A stretch of DNA of 64,000 nt from Squalus acanthias. Lineage: Eukaryota. Made by a program: the position numbers and the translations under genes. Positions 49,600 through 63,995 of the stretch are shown piece after piece. Under the pieces are notes generated by a model. That model worked only from the letters and a program-made list of their open reading frames with translations, searched no databases and was not told where the DNA came from. The number at the start of each line of letters is the position of its first letter. The first letter of the stretch is position 1. Where the stretch lies: the NCBI GenBank assembly GCA_030390025.1, contig CM059432.1, forward strand, positions 80,044,001-80,108,000. Reading direction: 5' to 3'.

Positions 49600-51062
49600 T
49601 AGAGCAACAGCTTCCTGTCATGCCCCGTCACCTAGGATCTATTCTCAGCAATCCTCCTCTTCCTCGTCTATATGCTGTCACTTGGTGACACCATCCACAA
49701 GCGTCGGGTTAGTTTTCATACACATGCTAATGACACCCAGCTCTCTCTCTCTCTCTCTCTCTCAACTGCTGTCAGATTGCCTCTCCAATATGGTCATAGA
49801 TGAATTATAACTTCCTCCAACTTAGCATCAAGACGACTGAATCATAATTTTTGACCCCCACCATCAACGCTGCTACCTTGCCACTGATACCATTCCCCTC
49901 CCCAGCCACTCACTCAGGTGAACCTAACCATGCAAAACCTTGATGTCCTATTCAACCCAGAGCTGAGCTTCAAATCCCATATCTTATCTATTGTCAAATC
50001 CACTTATTTCTACCTCTGCAACACTGCCCTTACTTCAGCCCCTCTGCTGCTAACAACCCTAGCTATGCCTTTGTCTAGAGTCTAGTATTTACTCTAATGC
50101 CCTCCTTGCTGGTGTCCCATCCTTCGCTCTCCAAAAATTCCAACTTGTCTGAAATACAGCTGCCTGTATCCAGTACCACACTAAATGTCCATTGCTCCCA
50201 TTATCACTGATTTACACTGATTACCTGTCCCCCTACGTATTAAATTTAAAATCCTTGTACTCATCTTCAAATCCTTCCAGTCAACCTTGGTGTCAGTCTT
50301 GGCTCAGTGGTAGCACTCTTTCCTCTGAGTCAGAAGGACATGGGTTCAAGCCCCACTCCAAAGACTTGAGCACATAATCTAGGCTGACACTCCAGTACAG
50401 TACCGTCAGAAGTGGTGTCTTTCAGGTGAGACGTTAAACGGATTTCCCGTCTGCCCTTTCAGGTAGATGTAAAAGATGACATGGCACGTTGCCCAGTGTC
50501 CTGTCCAACATTTATCCTCAACCAACATCACTAAAACAGATTATCTGGTCATTAATCACACTGTTTGTGGTATCTTGCTATGCATATTTTGGCTGCCAAG
50601 TTTCCCTCCATTACAACAGTGACTACACTTTAAAAGTATTTCATTGGCTGTGAAGCACTTTGGGACATCCTGAGGTCATGAAAGGCACAAGTTATTTCTT
50701 TCTTTCCAGTCTCACCTCATCCTCTGCAGTGTTCTCCAGCTTCATAACCCCTCCTGCACCCTTCGGTGGTTTTGTGAACCTCCTCTCCATTCACCTCAAC
50801 CCTGGAGGTACAGCCTACAGCTAATTTGGTCCATTTCTCCAGAACTCGCCCCATCTCTGCCCACCCAGCATCTCTGCACCTCTCTCTCCTTTAAAAATCT
50901 TCTATCTTCTCAAAACCCATCTTTTCAACCAAGCATTTGCTCACCCATTCTAATCTGTCACTCCATGGCGTGCTATTTGTTCCTCTACCGCTTTTCAGTT
51001 GTGAAGTGCCTTGGAATGCTTTTTATGTTAAACGCACTACATAAATGCAAGTTATTATTGTT
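49600..51062 (+). mobile_element. Old L2-type LINE fragment, interrupted by a SINE
   Basis: Similar to 15077-16025; 3' end GTGAAGTGCCTTGGAATG..ATAAATGCAAGTT. Confidence 0.7.
50291..50700 (+). mobile_element. DeuSINE-like SINE (second copy, inverted relative to 49064-49522)
   Basis: TGGCTCAGTGG A box and GGTTCAAGCCC B box; aligns by eye along its length to the reverse complement of 49064-49522. Confidence 0.78.
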
Positions 51063-54000
51063 GGTAAGTGCCTGGGTATCCTAATTTACAGACAAAATGC
51101 CTTCAAGTGTACCACACAATTCTAACTATTGGGAAAAGGACATTCATTTCACTTTTTAATAAGAGGAAATATGTTTCATTCACAATAACAATTATTTAAT
51201 AAAACATTAAATATGAACGACATAAATTCTCAATTATGCAATAACAATTTTGGTGACAGAAAAATAAAAGCTTGACTTAATGTCTTTTATTCAATACTAG
51301 CTATTGTTTTTGCACCATACTATGAATGGATTTTTTTTTTAGAAAATAGAATTAGCAGTGCCAACAGTCAGTCATTTAATGGTAAACAGAAATTAAAATT
51401 TGCAGTACAGCTTATACCATTAAAAGTTAATAACTTAATTTGCCACCCTGAACAATTCAGCTGGACCAGAGACACAGAAATACCTTTTATCTTTTAATTA
51501 TTTGTTCTTGGGATGTAGATAACCCTAGAAAAGCTGTATTTATTGCCCATCCCTAGTAGCCCAGAGTTCTCTGAACTCCTGTAGTACACAGAAAATGCAA
51601 ATGCAGAAGTCAGGATTAAAAACATTGTACATGCACAGAAGATGGAAAACGACTGGAAGAAGAATATTTGGTAATGTTCCCCTTTTATGTCTAATGTCAA
51701 AAATTTATTTCTAGGACAGTGTGTCTGCAATAATTGTTGTCAAGAAGCAGTGCACCAGTACAATCAAAGCAATTTACAACACAGATAGCACAGAGATAAA
51801 AAGCAATGGGAGGTGAGGCAAGCATATTTCAATATTGGTACATCCAAAAAGAGTCTTTACTAAGTTTCAATTTATTTTCAGACTTACTTCAATATCTGTA
51901 TCAGCATTCTTCATATACTACTGGAAAATCAAATTGTAGTAATTCTTGTCAATTCCAAACTACTGTATGTGCATGGTTTTTTCCTCTGTACATTAATGTA
52001 TAATCTGGTCATACTCACAGAAGCCACCAATGTCCATAGCTCACCAATAAACATCTGCCACACCTAAACACTGTCAGCATTACTATACGTCTTGGATTCA
52101 CTGGTCAAAAATACCAGCTTTTGAAATCTTCCTTAGGTAGCCATTATAGTTATTTTAATGTAAATGTAAACAGTGCTTTTCTTAGGAAGTAAACAAAGTT
52201 CACAGCTACAGTGAAGTCTGATTTAAGATCAACCCTGTTAATACCACATTCCTGCAAATTATATCTTGCATTATTTTCCGATAGGAATGAATTGGTTATT
52301 TCTGACACAATTCATTAGTAAACAGTAACCACAGGTATTCCCTATTGCTAATCAAATCCTGATCACCCCCTCCCCTCCTTTTTACACTGACATAAAAGAC
52401 TTGGCTGGTTCTCCTCTATTAAAAAATACTAATAGTCACCTTCACTGATACAAATTATTAAGTTACCCAATCATTTCCTGTTTTATCACAAATGAAATAA
52501 CATGACGACAAATAGGATTAAAAGTGGCTCAAATCATCTGAAAATTATTTCTACTTCAATATAAAACAAATGCATTTAACAAATCCCATTGTAAAATGAA
52601 GTAGAAACTTCAACTTAAAACATTTAGACGGCGACAAAGATCCATTTTCACTTTCAACTAGATTAAGTACTTAGCTTCACTTTAGTGCTTACACCACCAC
52701 AACAGATTGGCTTATGTATGGATATTACACCAGCTTTTGCATGCAGTGTCTCTGGACTTTTATGGGGAGGAAGGTGAGAAGAGAACATGCCCCACTCCCC
52801 ATCATAATTAGTAGAATTCTCTCCTCTGCAGCATGCATTAAAACAAAAAGCCCACCCTACTGGTGCACAATCTTTTAAGCAAAACAAGTCAGGACCACCC
52901 ATCCTCATTCAAAATTAGAGTCATGCCTAAATATTGCTGACTTCCCCAAAAGGCATTATACAGCATTATCTTTGGTTCATAATGAAATCACAACACCTTT
53001 GACTAGTACAATATACTTTCAAGACTTCATAGTTACTTTGTAACTCACTAGAAAGCTGGTTACATTGGTGCTTTTAACACTATAGTACTACTACCTTAAA
53101 AACAAAATTGAAGCGATTATTTTGTTGGCAATCCTAGCAACGTATGGTGAAAGATCCTAGCAGTATTTTTCATGCAGTATGTTGCGGATACTGCTACAGT
53201 ATCAAGAGATGAAGAGTTATTTTTTCCCTTTGTCTTCTTCCTACTCTTATGGGTAAAAACGAATGAACCTGTTCACAACACAATCGCACGGCAATGATGC
53301 TGTTAACATTTTTAGGTGAAATTGAAAGAAAACTGTCACGAATCTACGAAATCTAAGTACCCGGATTAAAAGACAAAGTAAATAAACCAGCAAACTGAGA
53401 AAGCGAGATGTATTATCGTGCATTTTATTGCTCTACCCGGAAGTAAAACATTCACCGATTAAATTATATCGTGACATTTCTCCGCTTCACTACAAAGTTC
53501 ACCAATATCAATGACAGAAAATACACGTTTTCCCTACTATGCACTTCCAAACATCTGCCCATGATTTAAATACAATTCCTTTGACTCAGTAATACACTCC
53601 TCTTTCATCAAGAAAGTGATTTATAATCCATTTTAAAAAGGACTTCGGATTGGACTTAGTTTACAGTCAATGCTCCCGAGATTCAACAGTCGAAATAGAG
53701 TCCGAAATACATGAAAAGGGATGCTGTTATTCTGACAAGACAATTTGCTGCAGAGCAGAAAAACACATTCAACAGACTTCGTCGTCCTCCTTCGCTATCG
53801 GATACATGACAACGCATAATTACCTGCTTAGCTATAGCAATCCATGTGAAATCTTCCCTGCAAACCAAACCCTACGCCCTCTCTTCAGCAGCAAAAAAAG
53901 GCTATGCATTCTAATTAAAGTATGATCAAACGTGAGGGAACGAGAAGCTTACAAATTACAAATATAACAGCAAATCAATTACTCCGGGTGGACACGGCGA

Positions 54001-56567
54001 AACGCAGCCCTTCTGTTCCCCATTCGACTGCAGCAGAATTTACAATACTGTATTACTGAACCCATATTATCTCCCTGAGCTACACAATCGGAATACGCAA
54101 AATATTAACAGACAAAAGAGAGCAAACATGTATCCGTAACCACATTATATATCTTGAAAAGTATACATTTCAATTCTAAAGTGGTACATGAAATATAATT
54201 ACTTTTCAAAAGAGGGATTCTTGGTACAATAAAAATGTTCATTCGACATTTTTTATTTTTAATCTGTTTATACACAACCACATGGACTACTACCTTAAAG
54301 CCATAACTTGAAAACTACAGCAATGCCTGCTAATGCTGATACAATGAGGCTGGATAGATCATGTTGTCAGAGGCTCTAATCTCACCAATATCTATGTACT
54401 CCCTGCTGTGCTTTTGTATAAATGGTGATAAAGCAGAGGTTACAGGAAAATAAAATCTGAAATATTATTTGGGAAAGCAATCAATACACCTAAAACAAAC
54501 TGTACCATGCTATAGAATGTTCTAGTGTTAGACTGAAAGGTTGATTAAATGAATAATTAATTTTGCTAAGTAGCATCTCCTACAGTTTCCACACACTGCA
54601 GACTTGGTCAGCATTTTGTTCAATTAATTTGTACATTCGATTTCAGTTCTTCTTCAAAATCAAACCAATCCACTCTTCTGATGGACATACCAAGACCAGA
54701 CTGCATCAGTTGTATTATTACTCTCTTTATTCAACATACTTCGTACACTAAAAAAAAATGCATACTAACCAAGGCCTTCCCAATCAGGTATTAACCTACT
54801 GTAATTTGCCATTACTCCAAGGTCTATTCTCAAGGGCATTAGTCTGAAAAGGTTAACACACATACATATATCCCTCAGTGCCCACCCTAAATCCTCCACC
54901 TTTTGTGACCTCCTCATTAAAGATCCCCAGGTCTACAGTGTTTCACAAAAATTACAACTGCTCATATAGCCTGAAAATGTGATCAGCAGCACCAACCTGA
55001 ATGAATGGAGGAACTCAATGAGATGAGTCACTCTAAACTCCTGTATGTGTACACAGTATAAATATCTGGAAAATGTCATGGATGATCATATAGTACTTTG
55101 CTTCAAATATTAGTTGTACACCTTCACATCAGTGAACAACGCTCTGAGCCTTATGTATTGTTTGCAGTAAATGCATCTATAGTTCAATTAGCTACAGTAG
55201 TTACACAATTTATTTGTATGACATGAAAAGCAATGTCAAATTCCATAGTGAATACAAACAATTGGCATTTATATAGCATCTTTACGTAGTAAAACAAGGT
55301 TCTCTATCAATTTAACACTTCCAGTAAAATACTAATCGCCTCACTGATTAAATAAATTTATTACCTCACTTATATTACTATTTCCTCACCTGAAAATAGC
55401 TGTTCAAATCTATTTATTCTCATTTCATTTTACAGTAAATCAGAGACAATCACCAGCTGATATACTTACATTAACTGCTGTAAAGATCAGCATCCAATGA
55501 AAACATAAAATACCACACCTGATTCCCCACACTTATTCTATAATGTGAATAACTTTTCCCTTTACCTCTAGCCTTCATCTCTGTATTGTTTTACATTCAT
55601 TCCCTTTATAATTGGTTATACAAATAACTTTGAATTTTTACATCTAAAAATGTTCACTCCCTAACCTGACAGACTTTGTGCACTTTTATTTTAACTCCTC
55701 TGCAATGTAACCTTGTGCTTCTCCCAGTGTCAGCTTGGCCTGCACTTCACAAAACTCAAAATATTTGTACCTCTATGCAGACATATTTAATTTGCTGTTA
55801 TGTTTAAATAAATTTCATTCCCAGTGAATTTAAATAATTGAATGAGCTGTGTGTCATCTTGAATCATTCAAATGTGTAAGGTTGCTCCTTCCTAGTCTGT
55901 TCTTACCTAGCATTATTTGATCTCGCTATGGTTTTCATTTTATGTATATTCTATATATTTAACTTTCTGGGTAATTAATATAAACCTTTATAAGATAGAT
56001 AATAAAATTCGTTTTCTATTCATTGACTTGTCACCTAGTCCAGGCCCCATTCCCAGATCAATTGACAGTAAATGTCTTTTTCACCCTTTCTGTCTTGCTC
56101 CTCCCCTCCCCACAACACACTTTTTCCCTTTTTGTCTCTCTCTTCCCCTCCCCACAACACACATGTAGAATAGGAGGCATATGCCATCTATTCTTATTAG
56201 TACCACAGCCATTAAAATTACTATCAGCCCTATCCCAGTTACCATACACTTCCCACTTGTAAACAAAGCTTGTCTCCTTTTGTGTCACCTGGTCTGAATC
56301 TTGTCAATGTCCTCCATTCAGCTTATTTTGGATTTTTATGTTTTAAAAATACTGAAACGTCAGGGATGAATTTCTTTTGTGTTAAAATATAAACACATGT
56401 ATTTGTAAATACAACACCACGAAATTACAGCATGTCAGATGGCTTGGGCCCTGCACTTGTTTGACACAAGCCTATGCATGTACGCATATACATAAGGACT
56501 TGTATTTACATTGTCATTACTAATTGCTTTGTTAATATTCGCAGTGTCTTTGTAAATTGAAACTTCA

Positions 56568-57290
<723 letters not shown>

Positions 57291-57789
57291 AGATTCTTTG
57301 GAAGGGTTTCAATGTCAGAAAGCTTGGCTAGAACAATACTACCCCATTGGCCATCATTTATTAAGATCTTGTGGCATAAATTACTCATTTCATATTAATA
57401 CATTTGAAACAGTTGAAAGTAAAGTATTTTTCTCCAAGGAGTAATAAGGAGCTGAGCCAGGATTTTAGAAAGGAGAGATAGCGCAGTCACCATACAGATC
57501 TTGAAAACGGTGGGGTGTGGGAGAGTTAGCATTGAAAGGTAAATACAATACCCAGATTAATATTGTTATACTGTATTTTTTCACATTTCTAAACATTGTA
57601 ATAAGAATGTCACAACTATTTACTTCTTGGTCAAAACAAATTAAAATTACATTTATTTAGGATTATCAACGTTCTGTACATGATTTTTTAAAAATACTTT
57701 TGTCCAGTACATAGAAAATAGGTTTGAACGCAATGTGCTAATAGATTGTTTTTTGTCTCCACTACCAAAGCTACCCACTACTGTAGGAT

Positions 57790-59640
57790 CATCCTGGAGG
57801 GCAAAGATAACCCCAGGCTCCTTTTCTTTGCTACCACCTCCTTAAATCCCGCTCCCCTGCCCCCTCACCTCTAACAAAAAATTCAAGGAGTTCATGGATG
57901 TATTTGTGACCAAGATAGAGGCCATTTGTTGAGCAGCTTTTGCCGCTTACCCCATTTCTCTTGCCCATCAAGTCAAACTTCTCCAACTCTCGTCCTATCC
58001 TCGGTCTAAACCTCTCTCTTTCTCTAGTTTCTCCCCCCTCTCCCTGATGCCCTCTCTAAGCGCATCTCTTCCAGAGACCTACCTCCTGCTCCATTGACCC
58101 TATTCCCATTAAAGTACTGATCACCCAATGTCTTTTATTGGCCCCCATGCTAGCTGACATTGTAAATGGTTCAATCTCCTCAGGCACTGCCCCTCTGCAT
58201 TTCAAAACAGTCATCATAACCCTGTTCCTCAAAAACCTGACTCTCGACCCCTCTGTCCTCGCTAACAACCACCCATTCCTCTCCAAGGTCCATGAACTTG
58301 TTTTCACCTCCCAGACCCATGCTGACCTTTTCCTAAACTCCCTGTTTGAATATCTCCAATCAGGTTTCTGTTTCTCCCACTGCACCAAATCAGCCGTAAC
58401 CAAAGTCACAAATTACATTCTCTGTGACTATGACTGTGGTGCATTATCCCTTCTTGTTCTCTCTGCAGCCTTTGATGTGGTTGACCACGTCTTTTTCCAA
58501 TGCCTTTCCTCCATTGTTTATCTCTGTGAGACTACCAACAACAACAGCAACTTGTATTTATTTACCGTTACATGGTTCCATTCTTACCTATCTGATCATA
58601 GCTAAATATCTCTAGCCATGGCTTCTCTTCCTCATTCCTGCATTGTCACCTCCAGAATCCTGAAAGATTCATCCTTGGCTCTCTTCTCTTCCTCATTTGC
58701 ATGCTGCACCTTGGCAATGACATACAGCTCTACCTCTCCACTGTCTTTTTCAACCCCTCCACTACCTCTGTGCTGTCAGACTCCTTGTTTGACATCCAGT
58801 CTTGGATAAGCTGTAATTTTCTCCAGTTACATACAATTACATATAGTTTTACAGCACAGAAACAGGCCATTCGGCCTAACAGGTCTATGCTGGTGTTTAT
58901 GCTCCTCACAAGCCTCCTCCCACCTTAGTTCATCTCACCCTATCAACAATCCTCTATTCCTTTCTCCCTCCTGTACTTATCTAGCTTCCCCTTATTGGAA
59001 GTATTGGGAAGTCCAAAGCCATTGTCTTTGACCCACAGCAAAAACTGCATACCCTTACCACCAGCTCCATCTCCCACCTTGGCCACTGTCTCAGGCTGAA
59101 CCAGACAGTATGCAATCTCATTGTGCTGTTCGACCCAGAGCTGAGTTTTTGACCCCATATCCTCTTCAAGACAAAGACCACCTACATAACATCACCTGTC
59201 TTCACCCCATCTGCCACTGAAACCCTCATACATGTCTTTGTCATGTCTAGACTCAATTACTCCAATGCTCTGCTGGCCAGCCTCCCACTTCCATAGACTT
59301 AAGCACATCCAAAATTCTGCTATCTGTATCCTTCACCAAATTCTGCTTGCCCATCACCCTTGTCCTTACCAACTTACATTGCCTCCTTGATCCCAAATAT
59401 CTTAAATATGAAATTCTATTTTTTGTGATTAAATTCCTCCATGGCCTCACTCCTCTCTATCTCTGTAATCTCCAGTGCTACAACTACCCTCTGAATACTT
59501 GGTTCCTCTGACTCGACATACCCCCTCCCTTCTGCCCACCATTGACAGTCGTGCCTTCAGCCACCTAGATCCCACTCTGTCTTTGGAAGTCACTCCCTAA
59601 ACCTCTCCACCTCCCTTTCCTCCTTTAGGACCCTCCTGTG
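57790..59640 (+). mobile_element. Old L2-type LINE with a small CR1 3' fragment (~58830-58995, minus) inside
   Basis: APMLADIVNGSISSG..LQSGF..TKVTNYIL..LSAAFDVVDH; the CR1 tail resembles 28223-28390. Confidence 0.78.
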
Positions 59641-59978
59641 AATTTTGCACTCATTACCAATATTAAAATCAAGCACTAACAAGTAACCTATAAAAAAGAT
59701 TGGAAGCAATGTAAAGGTCCCTCCACAGTGCCCTCATAATCTGCCTCAACCTTCAGAACTAAAGTGCAACCCCTGCTACACCATGGTTTTGCTGTCCACC
59801 TGCACTCACAAGGTAACAAACTGAACTGAGATTAGTTTACTTTATTTTGGCCCCTTACAGCCATCAAAGAAAGATTTTCATCCCATCGCTGAAGCCATTA
59901 TCACAGAAGAAGACAACTTTAATATTATAATTTGTCAACAGAAACATTGAGAAATATAAATGCATGATCATACATAAT

Positions 59979-60225
59979 GGCCAGGATTTTGTGGTGGTGT
60001 TGACGGTGAAACTGTCAGCGTTCACCATCATTACCCCTCTGAAAATGACAGCAATTTCTGGAATCAGCGCATGCAAAGATAAGCGTGGAAATCCAGAAGT
60101 TGCTGTCAGTCATTCCCTGCTCCTCCACAGGTTGTGCTGTGGCATTCCGCAGAGCCGGCAATTAATTCAAATCGCAGTTCTTGACAAAAACATGCCCTAT
60201 TATGCTGGAATATCGCTGTTAAACT
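59979..60225 (-). mobile_element. Truncated Harbinger-type MITE, same family as 3236-3971
   Basis: TIR GGCCAGGATTTT; GTGGAAATCCAGAAGTTG and CCCTGCTCCTCCACAGG match the reverse complement of ~3820-3870. Confidence 0.7.
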
Positions 60226-60249
60226 GCCCCCTCCCCCCCCCCCACCCAC

Positions 60250-60427
60250 CTCTCTCTCCTTCCTTAAAACACTCTTAAAACTTACCTCTTTGACCAAGCT
60301 TTTAGTCACCTGTCCTAATATCTCCTTCTTTGGCTCTGTGTCAATTGTTGTCTGATTATACTCCTGTGAAGAATCTTGGAGTGTTTTACTATGTTAAAAG
60401 TGCTATATTGCAAGTTGCTGTTGTTAT
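60250..60427 (+). mobile_element. L2-type LINE 3' end
   Basis: CTCTTTGACCAAGCTTTTAGTCACC..TTTTACTATGTTAAAAGTGCTATATTGCAAGTTG. Confidence 0.7.
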
Positions 60428-60536
60428 TAGTTGCAACTGTAGTTCATGAAATTAGTTTGGGCAGTCACAACTCAGCTTTCAAGTGGCTGTGGGCCCATAG
60501 CATAAAACTGCCTATAATTTTGCACAAATTGGTCTT

Positions 60537-60719
60537 GCTCTTTTGGTTGAACAAATGGACTGTAAATTAGTAAAACTTTAAATAAAACTTAACAAATTAA
60601 ATTAAAATTACATTGGCCGGGGTGATAATGCACTCCAGTCCCCGCGGCGCCCACCGGTCACGGAAGGCCTCAAGTGTGCCGGCAGATACTGCGTGCTCCA
60701 TCTCCAGGGCCACCCGGGC
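60537..60719 (-). mobile_element. 5'-truncated L1/Tx1-type LINE end with 15-bp TSD
   Basis: GCACAAATTGGTCTT at 60522-60536 and 60720-60734. The minus strand encodes ARVALEMEHAVSAGTLEAFRDRWAPR, resembling Tx1 ORF2 C-termini. Confidence 0.7.
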
Positions 60720-61751
60720 GCACAAATTGGTCTTAAATCAGCAATCTCACATGAGTTGTCACATGGCTAGTGTGGGAAATAGTAAAATCCACAACAGTGG
60801 ATGGGGAATCCACTTCTATATTGGAGTTAAAATGCAATTTTGAGGAAGCATTTTCTTCTTCACCTGACACACTATATCTGACCTGGGTATGAGTGATGCT
60901 GTTGCTGGATATCAAAATAGAAAAATGTTCTGTGCTAACATTCACATTCCACTCCACAGTGATCATAAAAAGCTGCCAAAATGTAAAAAAAATTAAAAGT
61001 TAATAATTGTCAACAAATATAATATATAAATTTCTAAGTATTTCACACTAGATCTCAGAAAACAAATTACACTTCTCTGATTCTACTGAGACCTGCATTG
61101 CTTTGATTAAAACATTTAATTGAAAAGCCTACCTTTGAGGTATTAATATACTGTACAATACATCACAAATTGTAAGGTCAGTAGGCCTCAATAAATGTTT
61201 CTTCAAATAGAGTTGTAGTTGCCAATAAACACACTGGCCTAGAAATTCAGGGGTTTAGCGCTCACCGTTAAGGCCCGTTTTGAAGAAAAAATGGCGACCG
61301 ACTCACTTCCACCCGCTTCTGCACACTTACGGCGGGGTCCCGTGGCAGCCGTTATTTTGGGCAGGTCGGCAGCGCTGCCGTTGGCTGCGCTCATGACAGA
61401 TATTAAGATTAGGCAGATCATGATGTCAATGAGTGTGCAATGCTGATTTGACGCACGATCTGCCATTTTGGACGTCACCAATAAACTTACCGCCTTCTCC
61501 TAATCATAACCAGCTGACCAAGTGTTCAGCAGCAGGAAGGAGCCCCCAGCAACGCTATTTAAAGGGATCACCATCCACAACTTGCAGCTAACATGGTTTC
61601 TCAGTTTTACTGTTTCTGTCTAAGTTTCTGCAACTCTTGGAGCTTTCCAAACTTGTTTAAAGTTGCTGAGGTCACAGGGAGTGTTGGTGCAAGTGGAGAA
61701 CACCTTGATTCTCATCTTAAAGGCTTCGGCTCACAACACTTGCTCACAGTC

Positions 61752-62918
61752 ATGAGGGCTCTACTTGCAGTCCCCCTCGCACTCGAGTATCATAGAGAGA
61801 TGGAGCGGAGGCAGCGAAGAAGAGGACAAGATGCTCGCAGAGAGAGGAGGAGGAGGGGCAGGAGGGCTCTCAGCAGGAGGCCTTACCCACCTAGGGTCTT
61901 CCGAGAGCACTTCTCTTACCTCCACTTAAGTGAAGAGCAGTGTATTAGGAGGCTCTGCTTCACCAAGGAGGTGGTCACAGAACTCGGACACCTCCTGCAA
62001 CAAGACCTGCAGCCTCCGAGCAGGGCGACGATAGCTTTCTCAGTGGCCGTCAAGGTCACCGTGGTCCTCAACTTTTTTCGCCAGCGGATCCTTCTAGTCT
62101 GTAACAGGAGACATAGCTAACATCTCCCGGGTTGCCGTCCATCGCTGCATCCGGGAGGTCACAGAGGCTCTCTACTCCGTGAGAAGGGACTTCATTGTCT
62201 TCTCTCTGAACAGGATGAGCGCACATGTGACTTTGTCAGGATAGCGGGCTTTCCCATGGTGCAGGGCGGCATCGACTGCACACATGTGGCTTTGCGGGCA
62301 TCATGCAACAATGCTGAGATGTTCCGTAACTGCAAAGGCTACCACTCACTTAATGTGCAGCTGTTGTGAGACCACGCCCAGCACATCCTGACGGTTAATG
62401 TCCACTATCCTGGCAGCAGTCATGATGCCTTCATCCTGCGCCAATTCGGTGTGCCAGCAAAATTCCAGCCATCACGTCAAACCCGAGGGTGGCTGCTCGG
62501 TGACAAGGGCTATCCGCTCTGCACCTGGCTGATGACTCCCCACCACTCATGGCCAGCAATCATAATGACAGCCATGTTGCAATGAGGAGCATCATCGAGC
62601 AGACCATCGGGCTGCTGAAGCAATGGTTCCGCTGCCTTGACCACTCGGGAGGAGCCCTCCATTAGTTGCCAGAGCGTGTGTCCCATTTTGTGCTGGTCTG
62701 TTGCATGCTCCACAACGTGGCCATCATGAAGGCACAGCCCTTGCCACCAGGGGTTGCGGGACCACCTCAGGAGGAGGAGGAGGATGAAGAGGAGGAGGAG
62801 GAAGAGGAGAGGAAGAGGAAGAGGAAGAGGAGGAGGAGGAAAGGATGAGGCAGGCAGCAAATTCCCATTCCAGACAGGCTGTCCATGAGTGTCTCATCAG
62901 ACTCCGATTTGACTGAAT
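61752..62918 (+). pseudogene. Harbinger (HARBI1-like) DDE transposase, frameshifted/with stops
   Basis: LSEEQCIRRLCFTKE, then AGFPMVQGGIDCTHV (~62271), KGYHSLNVQ, YPGSSHDAFIL, WLLGDKGYP, SIIEQTIGLLKQWFRCL and VCCMLHNVAI, then an acidic tail. Frameshift at ~62075 and internal stops. Confidence 0.9.
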
Positions 62919-62969
62919 GAAACCCCAGATCCCCGTTGCTCACCACTTCCCAATCATACCATCCCTCTG

Positions 62970-63995
62970 TCACGGAACATCACAGCGTCCTCCTGAGCAC
63001 AAAGCTGAAATGAGAGCCACCACAAAACACACATTCCAAACAAAATTAATAAATTTATCAAAATCCAATCTCAATGACAATACCAACGATTCACCCTTGT
63101 GCATTCCCTTGGTGTTGGTCTTTCGTGTGATTTTTCCTAGTCTAGTGGTCCTATGCAGTGCTCCCCCAGTGGCTGCAGCATGGCTGGTGGAAGGCTGCTG
63201 ACTTTCAGTGGTGGAGACTTCAGATGGCCTTGCAGGACAACCTTGAACAGCTCTGTACCCATAAGGCCCAGGCGTAGACTGCACCACCTTGGCATGGGCA
63301 GCAGCAGTCTGGGCTGGATGGCTGATAGGCAGCAGTAACGGCAATGGCGGAGTGGCAGTGGTGGGAGAAGGAATGCTGTCATCCTGAGAGAGGACAGCAG
63401 GTTCTTGCTCCAGAGACTCACTGCCACTTCCCTGGGGTGGCGCCTCAGCATTCCTAGCAATCTGTTGGAGCACAGATTGCTGGACTACTGTGACACCCTG
63501 CAAGCCCCTTTCGACACTCATAAACCCAATGATGATGGCAGCAGTCTGAGCTTGCGTGGCAGCAAGCTGAGCCTGCAGGAGAGCAGTCTGCACTTCCACT
63601 ACAGCACTGAGATGTTGGGTCGCTTCCGCCTGTGCTGCAATGGAAGCTGAAAGATCGCCCATCACACGCAGCATCATCCGTGGGTCCACAAGGTCTCTCC
63701 TGGAGTGGTCCATCATTTCCATCCTGGAAATCATGGGCTCCAAGCTCTGCACAAAGTCCTGTGCAATGTTGGAGCCGGACTCCTCCATGCTCCTTGACAT
63801 TGCCAAGAGGCTCTCTGGCAGGCTTGCCATTGCACCTAGCATTTTAGTGTGCATGGCCATCACCCTCCTTCTGAAGGCTGCCCCATCGAAGTCAACATCT
63901 GAGTCCTGTGGAGCAGAATTCATGTGCGAATTCGCCCTCCAGGGAGCTGACACCCGAGCTACCCTTTCCCCCTGACCTAGCTGCAGTCTACTCAT
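62970..63995 (-). pseudogene. C-terminal part of the Harbinger second (Myb/SANT-type partner) ORF
   Basis: 341-aa open frame with an Ala/Gln coiled-coil-like segment and a Pro/Ser/Thr-rich tail, convergent with the transposase as in two-gene Harbingers. The Myb domain itself is not visible and is presumed to lie beyond the window. Confidence 0.6.

Noticed and set aside
53773..53812. GTCATGTAT..GACGAAG resemblance to the ARFGEF1 start (possible duplicate first exon)
   Set aside because: The frame closes after 12 codons (MYPIAKEDDEVC*) with no donor; similarity is too short to exceed chance.
61752..62918. Host HARBI1 gene
   Set aside because: Frameshifts and stops, a TIR-like end and a convergent partner ORF indicate a transposon copy.
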